Source of the DNA: a bacterium
Lineage (GTDB): Bacteria > Patescibacteriota > Minisyncoccia > Phycocordibacterales > Phycocordibacteraceae
Assembly (NCBI GenBank): GCA_037200965.1
Contig: JBBCGK010000001.1
Coordinates: 32,001 to 96,000 of the forward strand
Direction of reading: 5' to 3'
Length of the DNA: 64,000 nt
A program made the translations under genes and the position numbers. Within the stretch, counting starts at the first letter, position 1. Each line of letters opens with the position of its first letter. This document shows, in pieces, positions 38,767 through 51,384 of this stretch. The notes under the pieces are model-generated. The model had not been told where the DNA came from. It worked only from the letters and a program-made list of their open reading frames with translations, and made no database searches.

Positions 38767-39156
38767 ATGCCGAAAGACTATACGAAATGGCACGAGGTCA
38801 AGTCCGCGATCGAAGAACACAGGAATCCCCCGTTCTTCAACGAGCGCGAGGTATGGTGGAGCTCGCTCGGCGCGAATATCGGAACGGAACAGGACGGGAA
38901 GAACGCCCGGTTTGAGCGTCCGGTAATCATCGTGCGCAAATTCAATAAGGACTTGTTCTGGGGCGTACCAGCCACGCTCCAGAGCAAGGATGACGCATTC
39001 CATTTCGGCTTCATGCTTTCGGGAATCGAGCAGCGCGCGATCGTCTCGCAAATCCGCACATTGAGCGCGAAACGGCTCATCCGCCGCATCGGCAAGCTGC
39101 CCGAGCCGAAGTTCGCAGGACTTAAGGAGGCGATCGAATCCTTGATGAGGCGATAA
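38767..39156 (+). CDS. PemK/MazF-family toxin-like protein inserted in the atp operon
   Basis: 129 aa. WHEVKSAIEEH...FFNEREVWWSSLGANIGTEQDGKNARFERPVIIVRKFN...FWGVPATLQSK...AIVSQIRTLSAKRLIRRIGKL matches the roughly 130-aa PemK/MazF-like family pattern. The ATG is 4 nt after the atpG stop. Confidence 0.6.
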   Translation: MPKDYTKWHEVKSAIEEHRNPPFFNEREVWWSSLGANIGTEQDGKNARFERPVIIVRKFNKDLFWGVPATLQSKDDAFHFGFMLSGIEQRAIVSQIRTLSAKRLIRRIGKLPEPKFAGLKEAIESLMRR

Positions 39157-39258
39157 ACGAAGCGAACCCCTTGCGGGGTTCTCGGGTGCCTAACGGCAAT
39201 TTACCCGGTCACTATATCCCCTCGGGGATGAAAAGTCAATTAACGACCGAAGCGAGGC

Positions 39259-39288
39259 TTGTGGACGGCACTCCGCATCGGGTATAAT
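39259..39288 (+). promoter_or_regulatory. internal promoter TTGTGG-18 nt-TATAAT upstream of atpD
   Basis: CTTGTGGACGGCACTCCGCATCGGGTATAAT lies in the 380-nt gap that the MazF-like insertion created. Confidence 0.35.
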
Positions 39289-39444
39289 CGTGTCATACGC
39301 CTGATACACCGGCCGAACCGGAGGGATCAGGCTCGGGCGGACCGGGCGTTATCGGCACTAGCTCGGCCTGCCGACGTCGCGAAAGCGATACCCCGCGTGC
39401 CAAGCCTTCCCGCGAAGTTCGGAAGTAGCGGGGCGGGCGGGTAA

Positions 39445-40907
<1,463 letters not shown>

Positions 40908-40908
<1 letters not shown>

Positions 40909-41156
40909 TGGCAAAGACATTTCATCTGACGATCGCGAAAGTGGGCGAAAATCTCTTCGACGGAGAGGCGGTTTCCACGACGCTCCCGGGACTTTCCGGG
41001 GAGTTCACCGTTCTTGCCGGACACGAGCCGTATGTTTCGGAGCTTAAGGCAGGGACCGCGAGAGTGAAAACCGCGGACGGGCAGACCCGCTCGATTTCCG
41101 TTCCCGCAGGCGGTGTCGCCGAAGTTTCGGGGAATCAGGCGACCATCATTCTATAG
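40908..41156 (+). CDS. atpC: F0F1 ATP synthase subunit epsilon (short, 82 aa)
   Basis: N-terminal beta-sandwich pattern. Overlaps the atpD stop (ATAATGG). Confidence 0.75.
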
Positions 41157-41189
41157 ACTCCGCGATTTCTCTGGTATGATTGCGTCCGG

Positions 41190-41657
41190 TTGGAACAAAC
41201 GGATGCAAGGAGAAAGATAATGGGACCCGAGCTCGACCGCAGACTCTGGCCTGCGGTAATCCGCGCCCAAAATCATGAGTGCGAAGTGATTGCCGTTGCT
41301 ACGCAAACCCGCCAGCATGTGAGTTGCAGCCTGGTGTGCGTGAACGGGAATTTTTGCGTAGTCCGGAACGTGGCCACGAGCAAGCACCATGGTCGTATCT
41401 ATATCAGCGTCCATTTCAGTGCGCAGTTCTGGGAATGTGCCGCTGGCATATTCTCCGTTCGGGAAGGCGCCCGTCCGGACTTCTACGTGATTCCGGTGAA
41501 CGTCTTCGCGTATTGGAGAAATCAGTTGCACGCGACGATGCCATTCCCTGGCAAAGAAAGTAATGAGCCGGAGAACGGCGGGTCAGCCGTCCACTGGCCT
41601 TCCTATAGGGATCGATGGGACTTGCTGAGCAGACAGGAGGTGCGCGGGGGCGCCTAG
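41190..41657 (+). CDS. hypothetical protein (paralog pair, member 1)
   Basis: Cys/His-rich. Shares a ...YVIPVN... theme with the next ORF. A terminator follows at 41643-41670. Confidence 0.35.
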   Translation: MEQTDARRKIMGPELDRRLWPAVIRAQNHECEVIAVATQTRQHVSCSLVCVNGNFCVVRNVATSKHHGRIYISVHFSAQFWECAAGIFSVREGARPDFYVIPVNVFAYWRNQLHATMPFPGKESNEPENGGSAVHWPSYRDRWDLLSRQEVRGGA

Positions 41658-41714
41658 GCGCCCCCGTTTCCGTGCTACATTTGTTCCGGATGCCTAGCAA
41701 GAAGGAAGACCGCC

Positions 41715-42191
41715 ATGCCGATCATCGATACTGGCGCGGATTTCAAAACAAATGTTCGCGAATACGGGATCATGATCGCGGCGCTTCGAAACAATTGCCC
41801 GCAGGTAAGCCCGGCGCGCGGCGATACCCGGCACCACCGCCTCCTCCAGCGTTCGGTCTATGTGGAAGGGCTCCTGTGCAGCCTGCACTTCTGCAGATGC
41901 GCAGCGGCGGTGAGAAAAATCTCAAGTGACAGGATGTACGTTCAGCTGATGTGCCCGCGCGGCGCGGTCCGGAAGCAGGCGGCGTTCATGGCTGGCGGCA
42001 TTTTTGACGGTGACGATTACCGCGGGATGTACATTATTCCGGTCAGGGATCTTGGAGCCCGCACGCACGTTTGGGTCTCAGCCGATCCTGAGGTGGGGAT
42101 CAGCCTCACAAAGCGGAGCTTGGATTTGCGTCGGTATTTCAACAACTTCGCGCTTCTCGCTCCGCCCCGGATTCCGCTTGCCGCGGAATAA
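41715..42191 (+). CDS. hypothetical protein (paralog pair, member 2)
   Basis: 158 aa. ...GMYIIPVRDLG... RBS GGAAGA. Confidence 0.35.
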   Translation: MPIIDTGADFKTNVREYGIMIAALRNNCPQVSPARGDTRHHRLLQRSVYVEGLLCSLHFCRCAAAVRKISSDRMYVQLMCPRGAVRKQAAFMAGGIFDGDDYRGMYIIPVRDLGARTHVWVSADPEVGISLTKRSLDLRRYFNNFALLAPPRIPLAAE

Positions 42192-42290
42192 CTCCCGAGA
42201 AAGGCAGGGGTGCCGCACCCCTGCCTTTTCTTATTCCCCATGCAGGCGTGCTATAGTCTGCATCGGTTTGTAAACCAAACGGAGGAACTT

Positions 42291-42548
42291 ATGGGCGGCG
42301 AGACGCACGACGTTTCGGATTTTCTCGACGGCAACCTGTTCACGCCTTGTTTCGGACGATATGTCGACAACATCGGCGCGAAAGCGCTGGCAGCGTATTT
42401 CCAGGAGCGGAAAACCTCGACCCCTAGAATACGGGATCTGATTGTGCTTGGAAGAAGGAATCTGTCGAAGATACGCTGGTTCGGCAAAGCAAGGGCGAGG
42501 ACCGTGGCGTTCTGGCTGAGCGAGCGAGGCTTCGTGCTCCCCGAGTAG
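42291..42548 (+). CDS. RNA polymerase alpha C-terminal-domain-like HhH protein
   Basis: RBS GGAGGA. IRDLIVLGRRNLSKIRWFGKARARTVAFWLSERGFVL resembles the alpha-CTD helix-hairpin-helix. Confidence 0.45.
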   Translation: MGGETHDVSDFLDGNLFTPCFGRYVDNIGAKALAAYFQERKTSTPRIRDLIVLGRRNLSKIRWFGKARARTVAFWLSERGFVLPE

Positions 42549-42615
42549 TCATAATTGAAATCTCAGCTAAGCGGGCCCTTCATTCAAGGGCCCGCTTCGT
42601 GCTATCATCCCGTAC

Positions 42616-42846
42616 ATGTCGGTCCAAGGATTCCTCCTGAGGCAATATGCGAAATGGAAGATGAAGGGCGTACCCGCCGACAAGCGGGACCAGATGCTCG
42701 CTTTCGTCGAGAAAGATCCCGAGCTGTTCAAGAAGATCGGGGAAGAGGTCGAGCGCCGGAAGAAAGGCGGCGAAAGCGAGATGAAGGCGACGATGGAGGT
42801 GATGAAGAAGTACCGCGCGGAGCTCCAGGGGCTCATGAGCCGCTAG
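42616..42846 (+). CDS. hypothetical charged small protein (76 aa)
   Basis: ORF after a hairpin at 42569-42597. Coupled (4 nt) to the downstream flavoprotein gene. Confidence 0.35.
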   Translation: MSVQGFLLRQYAKWKMKGVPADKRDQMLAFVEKDPELFKKIGEEVERRKKGGESEMKATMEVMKKYRAELQGLMSR

Positions 42847-42847
42847 T

Positions 42848-43423
42848 ATGAAAAAGATTTTCATACTGACGGGCAATCCCGATAGCGTGGAGACGCTCTC
42901 GAACGAGCTTGCCGTTGCCTATGAACAAGCCGCACGGGAAGCAGGACACGAGGTGCGAAAAGCGAATATCGGAGATCTGGCCTTCGACCCGATACTCCAC
43001 AAAGGGTATAAGGTTATCCAGGAACTCGAGCCTGATCTCAAGGTGGTGCAGGAGCACCTGCGCTGGTGCGATCACTTCGTGCTCGTCTATCCGAACTGGT
43101 GGTGCACCATGCCCGCGCTCCTCAAGGGATTCTTCGACCGCGCATGGCTTCCGGGCTTCGCATTCCATTTCCGCAAGAGCGGATGGGGATGGGATCGCCT
43201 GCTCAAAGGCAAGAGTGCGCGCGTCGTCATACTTTCGAAATCGAAGCCGTGGCAGATACGCTTTCTCTTTGGCGACTACACCAATGAGATCTCCCGCGGC
43301 ATCCTCGGCTTCTCGGGGTTCAAAGTCCGGCTTACGAAAATAGGCGGAAGCGAGAATCTTTCGGAACTTCAGAAAAGCCGGTGGCTGGGGCGCATTTCGG
43401 CGCTCGGGGTCCGGGGCACATAG
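42848..43423 (+). CDS. NAD(P)H-dependent FMN reductase / flavodoxin-like fold protein
   Basis: [13 protein letters not shown]...[21 protein letters not shown]. Ends 3 nt before the IS30 left end. Confidence 0.7.
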   Translation: MKKIFILTGNPDSVETLSNELAVAYEQAAREAGHEVRKANIGDLAFDPILHKGYKVIQELEPDLKVVQEHLRWCDHFVLVYPNWWCTMPALLKGFFDRAWLPGFAFHFRKSGWGWDRLLKGKSARVVILSKSKPWQIRFLFGDYTNEISRGILGFSGFKVRLTKIGGSENLSELQKSRWLGRISALGVRGT

Positions 43424-43425
43424 GG

Positions 43426-44430
43426 TTGAATTCTAGCTTGAAACGCAACAACCCGTATTGAAAAGCGCATACCCGCAGGTACGCTAGGAGTGTTGAATCA
43501 CCTAAGCACCAACGGGTATGCATACACACAATACGCGCGACATGCGCGTTTCGCTAGGCGCGCTCCTGCGCGCTGGTGTGAAGAAAGCTGGGATCGCGCG
43601 GCAACTGGGCGTCCACCGCTCGACCATCTCAAGGGAGTTGAAACGGAACGCGAAGAAGAACGGGCGGTATCACGCCACGCACGCGGACGTGCGTGCGAAG
43701 GCACGCCGCATGAAGAGCAAGGAGGCGGGACGCCTCCTTGCAAACAATCAGCAGTTGGCTGACCTTGTCGAGGCACTCCTTGACCCACTCGTCTCTCCAG
43801 AGGTGATCGCACACCTTCTCGACATATCGCACGAGACGATATACGCGTGGCTATATCGCACCCGTCCTGATCTGTTGGCTCGTCTGCCGCAGCGAGGAAG
43901 GAAGCGCCGCCGATATGGCTCAAAGCGTACGCAGAAACAAGGATGGACCAAGAACGTGCGTTCCATTGAGGAGCGCACAGAACCTGGCTGGGAGGGCGAT
44001 ACCGTCAAAGGCGCAGGTCGTGAACGCATCCTCACCCACGTGCACCAGAGCTTGTATCTCGTTGCCGACCTAATCCCGAACGGCACGGCAGATGTCGTGC
44101 ATGCGGTACTGAAGTCGCATCAGAAAGTCACCGGGACCATCACGTACGACCGCGGGAGCGAGTTCGCACTCTGGCAGTTCATTGAACGTGATACCGATGC
44201 CACCGTGTACTTCGCACACGCACACCATCCGTGGGAGCGCGGGAAGAACGAGAATACCAATGGCCGCCTGCGGCGACCATTCCCCAAACGGCTGAACCTG
44301 GGTACCATATCCAAAGACGACCTTGCGGACGTGGTGGACCTCATGAACCACACGCCGCGGAAGTCTCTCTCCTGGCAGACCTCGTGCGTGCGCTTTGGGA
44401 AGGCGTGTTGCGTTTCAGATTAGAATTCAA
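43426..44430 (+). mobile_element. IS30-family insertion sequence, complete copy 2
   Basis: Imperfect terminal inverted repeats TTGAATTCTAGCTTGAAACGCAACAAC (left) and TTGAATTCTAATCTGAAACGCAACACG (right, reverse complement) enclose the transposase. Confidence 0.8.
43518..44423 (+). CDS. IS30-family transposase (HTH plus DDE integrase core)
   Basis: 301 aa. N-terminal HTH (GIARQLGVHRSTISRELKRN) and integrase core (DTVKG...THVHQ...YDRGSEF). The stop codon lies inside the right inverted repeat. Confidence 0.85.
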   Translation: MHTHNTRDMRVSLGALLRAGVKKAGIARQLGVHRSTISRELKRNAKKNGRYHATHADVRAKARRMKSKEAGRLLANNQQLADLVEALLDPLVSPEVIAHLLDISHETIYAWLYRTRPDLLARLPQRGRKRRRYGSKRTQKQGWTKNVRSIEERTEPGWEGDTVKGAGRERILTHVHQSLYLVADLIPNGTADVVHAVLKSHQKVTGTITYDRGSEFALWQFIERDTDATVYFAHAHHPWERGKNENTNGRLRRPFPKRLNLGTISKDDLADVVDLMNHTPRKSLSWQTSCVRFGKACCVSD

Positions 44431-44700
44431 GAGGTTTTCTTGCCAAGAAGGTACTTTGATTCTACTATGGCCTCCGGAAGGCGGCTCCTCGTTTAGGCCC
44501 GCTCGCCCGGTGCCAGATCCTCATCACCTTTGGCCCGGCGACCTGGTCAGCGCAGTCATAGATGCTATGCGACTCCTCGGAATCTTATGTAGTCGTGAGC
44601 CGCCTTCCGTAGCTCCATATAAGGCCTCCCCGGGCCTTATATTTTTTAAAGACAAGGACAGCTGGAAGCCGGGGCGGATTTACGGAGTCCGCCAAAGCAC

Positions 44701-44996
44701 TTGACAAATATTACAAGATAGAACATACTTTACTTCAGAGTGTGTGGGTTCGGCACAATGCGTGTACGCTTGGTGTAGTTTTTATGCGGGCATCAGTGTC
44801 CTCATGAAAGCCGCTCGGTCCAGTGGAAATGGAAATAATGAAGCTGGATACGGCCGAACCCACTATTCTTTAGTTTGCATGGGCGGGACGACACATTCCT
44901 TCGGATCGCGTATGGCCCCCAGTCGCCGCGATGATCGAGGTCGAGTCTGTCGTCCCGCCCCAACAAGTCGCTTCTTCGGAGGCGGCTTTCTTTTTG
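44701..44996 (+). ncRNA. candidate structured RNA or leader (promoter to terminator, about 265 nt), identity unknown
   Basis: TTGACA-17 nt-CATACT promoter at 44701-44729. Long-range helix GGGCGGGACGAC...GTCGTCCCGCCC (about 44880-44962). Terminator CGCTTC-TTCG-GAGGCG followed by GCTTTCTTTTTG at 44969-44996, 25 nt before ychF. The only ORF here (44744..45022) is low-complexity. Confidence 0.3.
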
Positions 44997-45021
44997 TCCT
45001 GGAACCAGGTACTTTTGAATA

Positions 45022-46119
45022 ATGCTCAAGATCGGCATCGTGGGCCTTCCGAACGTCGGCAAGTCGACGCTTTTTAATGCGCTCACCAAGCAGGCGGTAC
45101 CCGCCGAGAATTATCCGTTCTGCACCATCGACCCTTCGGTCGGAATCGTCGGCGTTCCGGACGAGCGCGTTGCCGCCCTCGCCAAATTCTCGGGTTCCGA
45201 GAAAGTGATTCCCGCGGCGATCGAATTCGTCGACATCGCGGGACTCGTGAAAGGGGCGTCGAAAGGAGAGGGACTCGGGAACCAGTTCCTCACGCACATC
45301 CGTGAAGTGGACGCGATACTCGAGGTCGTGCGCTTTTTCGACGATGCCGACGTGCTTCATGTGCACGGGGATGTCGAGCCCGTCCGGGACATGGAAATCA
45401 TCAACCTCGAACTCGTCCTCGCCGACAGCCAGGTCGTCGTCGCCCGTCTTGACCGCCTTACGCGGGACGTAAAGGCGGGGATGAAGGAAGCAGTTGCGGA
45501 AGCTGTAGTGCTCAAGAAGCTCGAGCAGGCCCTTTCCTGCGGCACGTTCGCCAACCATGCCGGACTCACCTTGGAAGAGCTGAAGCTCGTAAAAACGCTC
45601 AACCTCCTTACCTTGAAGCCTGTCCTCTATGCCTTCAACGGCAAGTCGGGCGGGCACAACCTCGACGAGCTCAATGACGGCCGGGCCGAGCGCGCGTTCG
45701 CGTACGTGAAGGAGCAGAAAGCCGGCTATGTGCTCGTCGACGCAGCCACCGAGCGGGAACTCAACGATGTCGCCGATGATGACCGGGAAGGCTTCCGCCG
45801 GGAGCTCGGCGTTCCGGTAGACGGGCTCGGGGAGCTTATCCGCAAAAGCTACGACACCGTCGGCCTCATTTCATACTTTACGACCGGACCCAAGGAAACC
45901 CGCGCGTGGACCGTTTCGAAGGGAAGCACGGCTCCGGTTGCCGGAGCCGCAATTCATACCGATTTCCTCGATAAATTCATCCGCGCGGAAGTTATCGCTG
46001 CCAAGGATCTTCTCCTGGCGGGCTCGTACGCCGCCGCGCGGGAGAAAGGTCTGGTGCGCACGGAAGGGAAGGAATACGTGGTACAGGACGGGGACGTGAT
46101 GGTGTTCCTGCACGGTTGA
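45022..46119 (+). CDS. ychF: ribosome-binding ATPase YchF (Obg-family GTPase)
   Basis: IGIVGLPNVGKSTLFNALT, C-terminal TGS domain. Confidence 0.9.
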   Translation: MLKIGIVGLPNVGKSTLFNALTKQAVPAENYPFCTIDPSVGIVGVPDERVAALAKFSGSEKVIPAAIEFVDIAGLVKGASKGEGLGNQFLTHIREVDAILEVVRFFDDADVLHVHGDVEPVRDMEIINLELVLADSQVVVARLDRLTRDVKAGMKEAVAEAVVLKKLEQALSCGTFANHAGLTLEELKLVKTLNLLTLKPVLYAFNGKSGGHNLDELNDGRAERAFAYVKEQKAGYVLVDAATERELNDVADDDREGFRRELGVPVDGLGELIRKSYDTVGLISYFTTGPKETRAWTVSKGSTAPVAGAAIHTDFLDKFIRAEVIAAKDLLLAGSYAAAREKGLVRTEGKEYVVQDGDVMVFLHG

Positions 46120-46194
46120 CAAAGCGGAGTCCTATGTGTTAGGGTTCCTCCGGCCGTTCACAAGAGCGGTTCTTCCCAACTACAGGAGTTAGTC

Positions 46195-46410
46195 ATGAAA
46201 CTGAGGGGATTGGCCGCGGCGCTTGCCGTCGCGGTAGCGGGTGGCAGTCTCGGAGGCTGCGCGAGTAGCGGGCTCACGCTCATCACGGGCGATCACAATA
46301 CTGTGACGCAGAGCAATGGCATCACTATCACGGCATCCAAGCTGCAGTACCCAGACGCTGACCGGGCACGGCTTTCTCGGCTCATCACGCAGACGAGCGG
46401 GAGCCGGTGA
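46195..46410 (+). CDS. small lipoprotein, hypothetical
   Basis: Signal peptide plus lipobox LGGC. RBS AGGAG. Confidence 0.45.
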   Translation: MKLRGLAAALAVAVAGGSLGGCASSGLTLITGDHNTVTQSNGITITASKLQYPDADRARLSRLITQTSGSR

Positions 46411-46613
46411 TGGAACACATCAATTTCTACGCCATGAGCGGATTCACGATCCTTCTCGTGACCCTCACAACGCTCGCATTCGGATTCGCGCCGGGCCTTC
46501 GCCGGTGGGGATTCCTCGGAGGACTGATCTTCTGGACGGTCTTCGGCATGGTGATTCTTGCAAAGTATTTCCACGCCATTGACCTCATCCGGTATGTCAT
46601 TCCGCACCGATAA
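46407..46613 (+). CDS. small membrane protein (2 TM), coupled to the lipoprotein gene
   Basis: ATGA overlap with the upstream stop. Two hydrophobic helices. Confidence 0.4.
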   Translation: MMEHINFYAMSGFTILLVTLTTLAFGFAPGLRRWGFLGGLIFWTVFGMVILAKYFHAIDLIRYVIPHR

Positions 46614-46768
46614 CAGCAGAGCGGAATCAGGGCTTCTTTGTCGCTTGGAGCATCATCTCTAAGTTTCAGAAAAGGCCCGGGCTGCAGAACGCGCCCTTGA
46701 TTCCCGCCAAGCCACGAGAAAACCTCTCGTGGTTTTCTTGTTTTCACGTATGGTATAATCAGCGTCCT

Positions 46769-47338
46769 ATGGACCACACAACCTTTCCGCCCGTTCCGAA
46801 AGAACATCATCCGAGATTCGTCAAATGGGCCGTCGTTATCGGCATCGTCGTCGTCCTGAATGTTTTCTTCGTCGTCCTTATCTCGCTGGTCCTTCCTTCG
46901 CCCCAGTATGCCGACTTCTGCCCGCAGGCGCAGGTGGTTCCCACATATGATACCGAAGCGTCCTGCACAAAGGCGGGCGGCCAGTGGACCGCGACCCCGA
47001 ACAACCTGACCGAGCCGACGGAAGCGAAGCAGCCGAAAGTAATCGGGTACTGCAACCCCGACTACTCGTGCAATCAGAAGTTCACCGCCGATTCAAGCGA
47101 ACACGAAAGGAACGCCTTCATCGCGCTCGTTGCCCTTGGCGTCGTCGCGCTCATCGCGGGCGTCTTCGTTCCGGGCTCCTCGATCGTATCCTCGGGCCTC
47201 GCCTACGGCGGCGTGCTTTCCTTCGTGATCGCATCTGTGAGCTACTGGGGCGATGCGGGCAGCTGGATACGGCTCGGCATTTCCCTCATCGCGCTTATAG
47301 CCCTTCTCTATATCGGCCTTAAGCGATTCAAGGATTAG
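46769..47338 (+). CDS. membrane protein, hypothetical (leaderless-type start)
   Basis: TGGTATAAT at 46750-46758 lies 10 nt before the ATG at 46769. TM helices at both ends. Confidence 0.4.
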   Translation: MDHTTFPPVPKEHHPRFVKWAVVIGIVVVLNVFFVVLISLVLPSPQYADFCPQAQVVPTYDTEASCTKAGGQWTATPNNLTEPTEAKQPKVIGYCNPDYSCNQKFTADSSEHERNAFIALVALGVVALIAGVFVPGSSIVSSGLAYGGVLSFVIASVSYWGDAGSWIRLGISLIALIALLYIGLKRFKD

Positions 47339-47357
47339 GGATTGAGGCGGCCCCGTT

Positions 47358-50210
<2,853 letters not shown>

Positions 50211-50246
50211 CGCAAAACGGCCCTAGGTGTATAAATAAGACCATAT

Positions 50247-51320
50247 ATGGCAACTAAAACGAAGACGGGCGCGAAAAGCACAAAAGTAGGCGGCGCTGCC
50301 GTCACTTTCGACAATGCGGGACTCGTGAAAAAGCTCCTTGCGGAGGTGCCTGAGCGCGCCCGCGAGGTGCTTATTTTCCGCTTCGGGCTTGGCACGAGCG
50401 CTACCCGCGAGACCCTTGAAGCTATCGGCGACCGCTGGGGCGTCACCCGCGAGCGCGTTCGCCAGATCGAGAACGCGGGCCTTGAAGCGGTACGCGCTTC
50501 GAAGGCGTTCGAAGACGCCGAAGAGTCGTTTTCGCAGCTTGAGGCGTATATCGAGTCGCTTGGCGGCATCGTTCCCGAGGACGAGCTTCTCGGCGGCCTC
50601 GCAAAGGACGAAAAGAGTCGGAACCGGTTCCGCTTCCTTCTCGTCGTCGGCAGCGCCTTCTTCCGCGAGCGCGAGACCGATGATTTCTATGCCCGCTGGC
50701 ACGTCGACCATAAGACGGCCGAGAAAGTGCACGATGCCCTCACGAGCCTCTATTCCTCGCTTGAGGACGAAGACGTGCTTCCGGAAGGAGAACTCCTCTC
50801 GCGCTTTCTCGAGGAACTCAAGGGAGTCAACACCGCATACCAGACCGAATCCATCCTCAAGCGCTGGCTCTCGCTCTCGAAGACCATCGCCTGCAATCCG
50901 CTTTCCGAGTGGGGCCGCGCTTCGTGCTCGTCGGTCCGCACCAAGGGTATCCGCGACTACGCATACCTTGCCGTAAAGCAGGCGGGGAAGCCGCTTCACT
51001 TCAGCGAGGTGGCGAAGGCGATCAGCGATCTCTTCTCGAAGAAGGCGCATGTCGCGACGACCCATAACGAGCTCATCAAGGACGAGCGCTTCGTGCTCGT
51101 CGGCCGCGGCCTCTACGCGCTTAAGGAGTGGGGCTATGCGCCGGGAATCGTGCGCGAAGTCGTCGCAGATGTTCTCAAGAAGAACGGTCCGATGACCAAG
51201 GAGCAAGTGATCGCGGAGGTGAAGAAGAGCCGGTACGTGAAGGACAATACCGTGCTCGTGAACCTCAACGACACCCGCTACTTCAAGCGCCAGAAGAACG
51301 GCACGTACGCGCTCGCGTAA
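50247..51320 (+). CDS. sigma-70 region-4-like HTH plus HARE-HTH domain protein
   Basis: N-terminus REVLIFRFGL...TLEAIGDRWGVTRERVRQIENAGL. C-terminus LHFSEVAKAI...HNELIKDERFVLVGRGLYALKEWGY (HARE-HTH pattern). Confidence 0.5.
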   Translation: MATKTKTGAKSTKVGGAAVTFDNAGLVKKLLAEVPERAREVLIFRFGLGTSATRETLEAIGDRWGVTRERVRQIENAGLEAVRASKAFEDAEESFSQLEAYIESLGGIVPEDELLGGLAKDEKSRNRFRFLLVVGSAFFRERETDDFYARWHVDHKTAEKVHDALTSLYSSLEDEDVLPEGELLSRFLEELKGVNTAYQTESILKRWLSLSKTIACNPLSEWGRASCSSVRTKGIRDYAYLAVKQAGKPLHFSEVAKAISDLFSKKAHVATTHNELIKDERFVLVGRGLYALKEWGYAPGIVREVVADVLKKNGPMTKEQVIAEVKKSRYVKDNTVLVNLNDTRYFKRQKNGTYALA

Positions 51321-51384
51321 CCTTTTCCCGATACAGCGCTTCGACGCGCCCCTTGCGGGGCGCGTCGTGCGTTATACTTAAGAC

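Noticed and set aside
44744-45022. 92-aa ORF upstream of ychF
   Set aside because: Low-complexity Gly/Arg-rich translation with no RBS. The region is better explained as structured RNA or leader.
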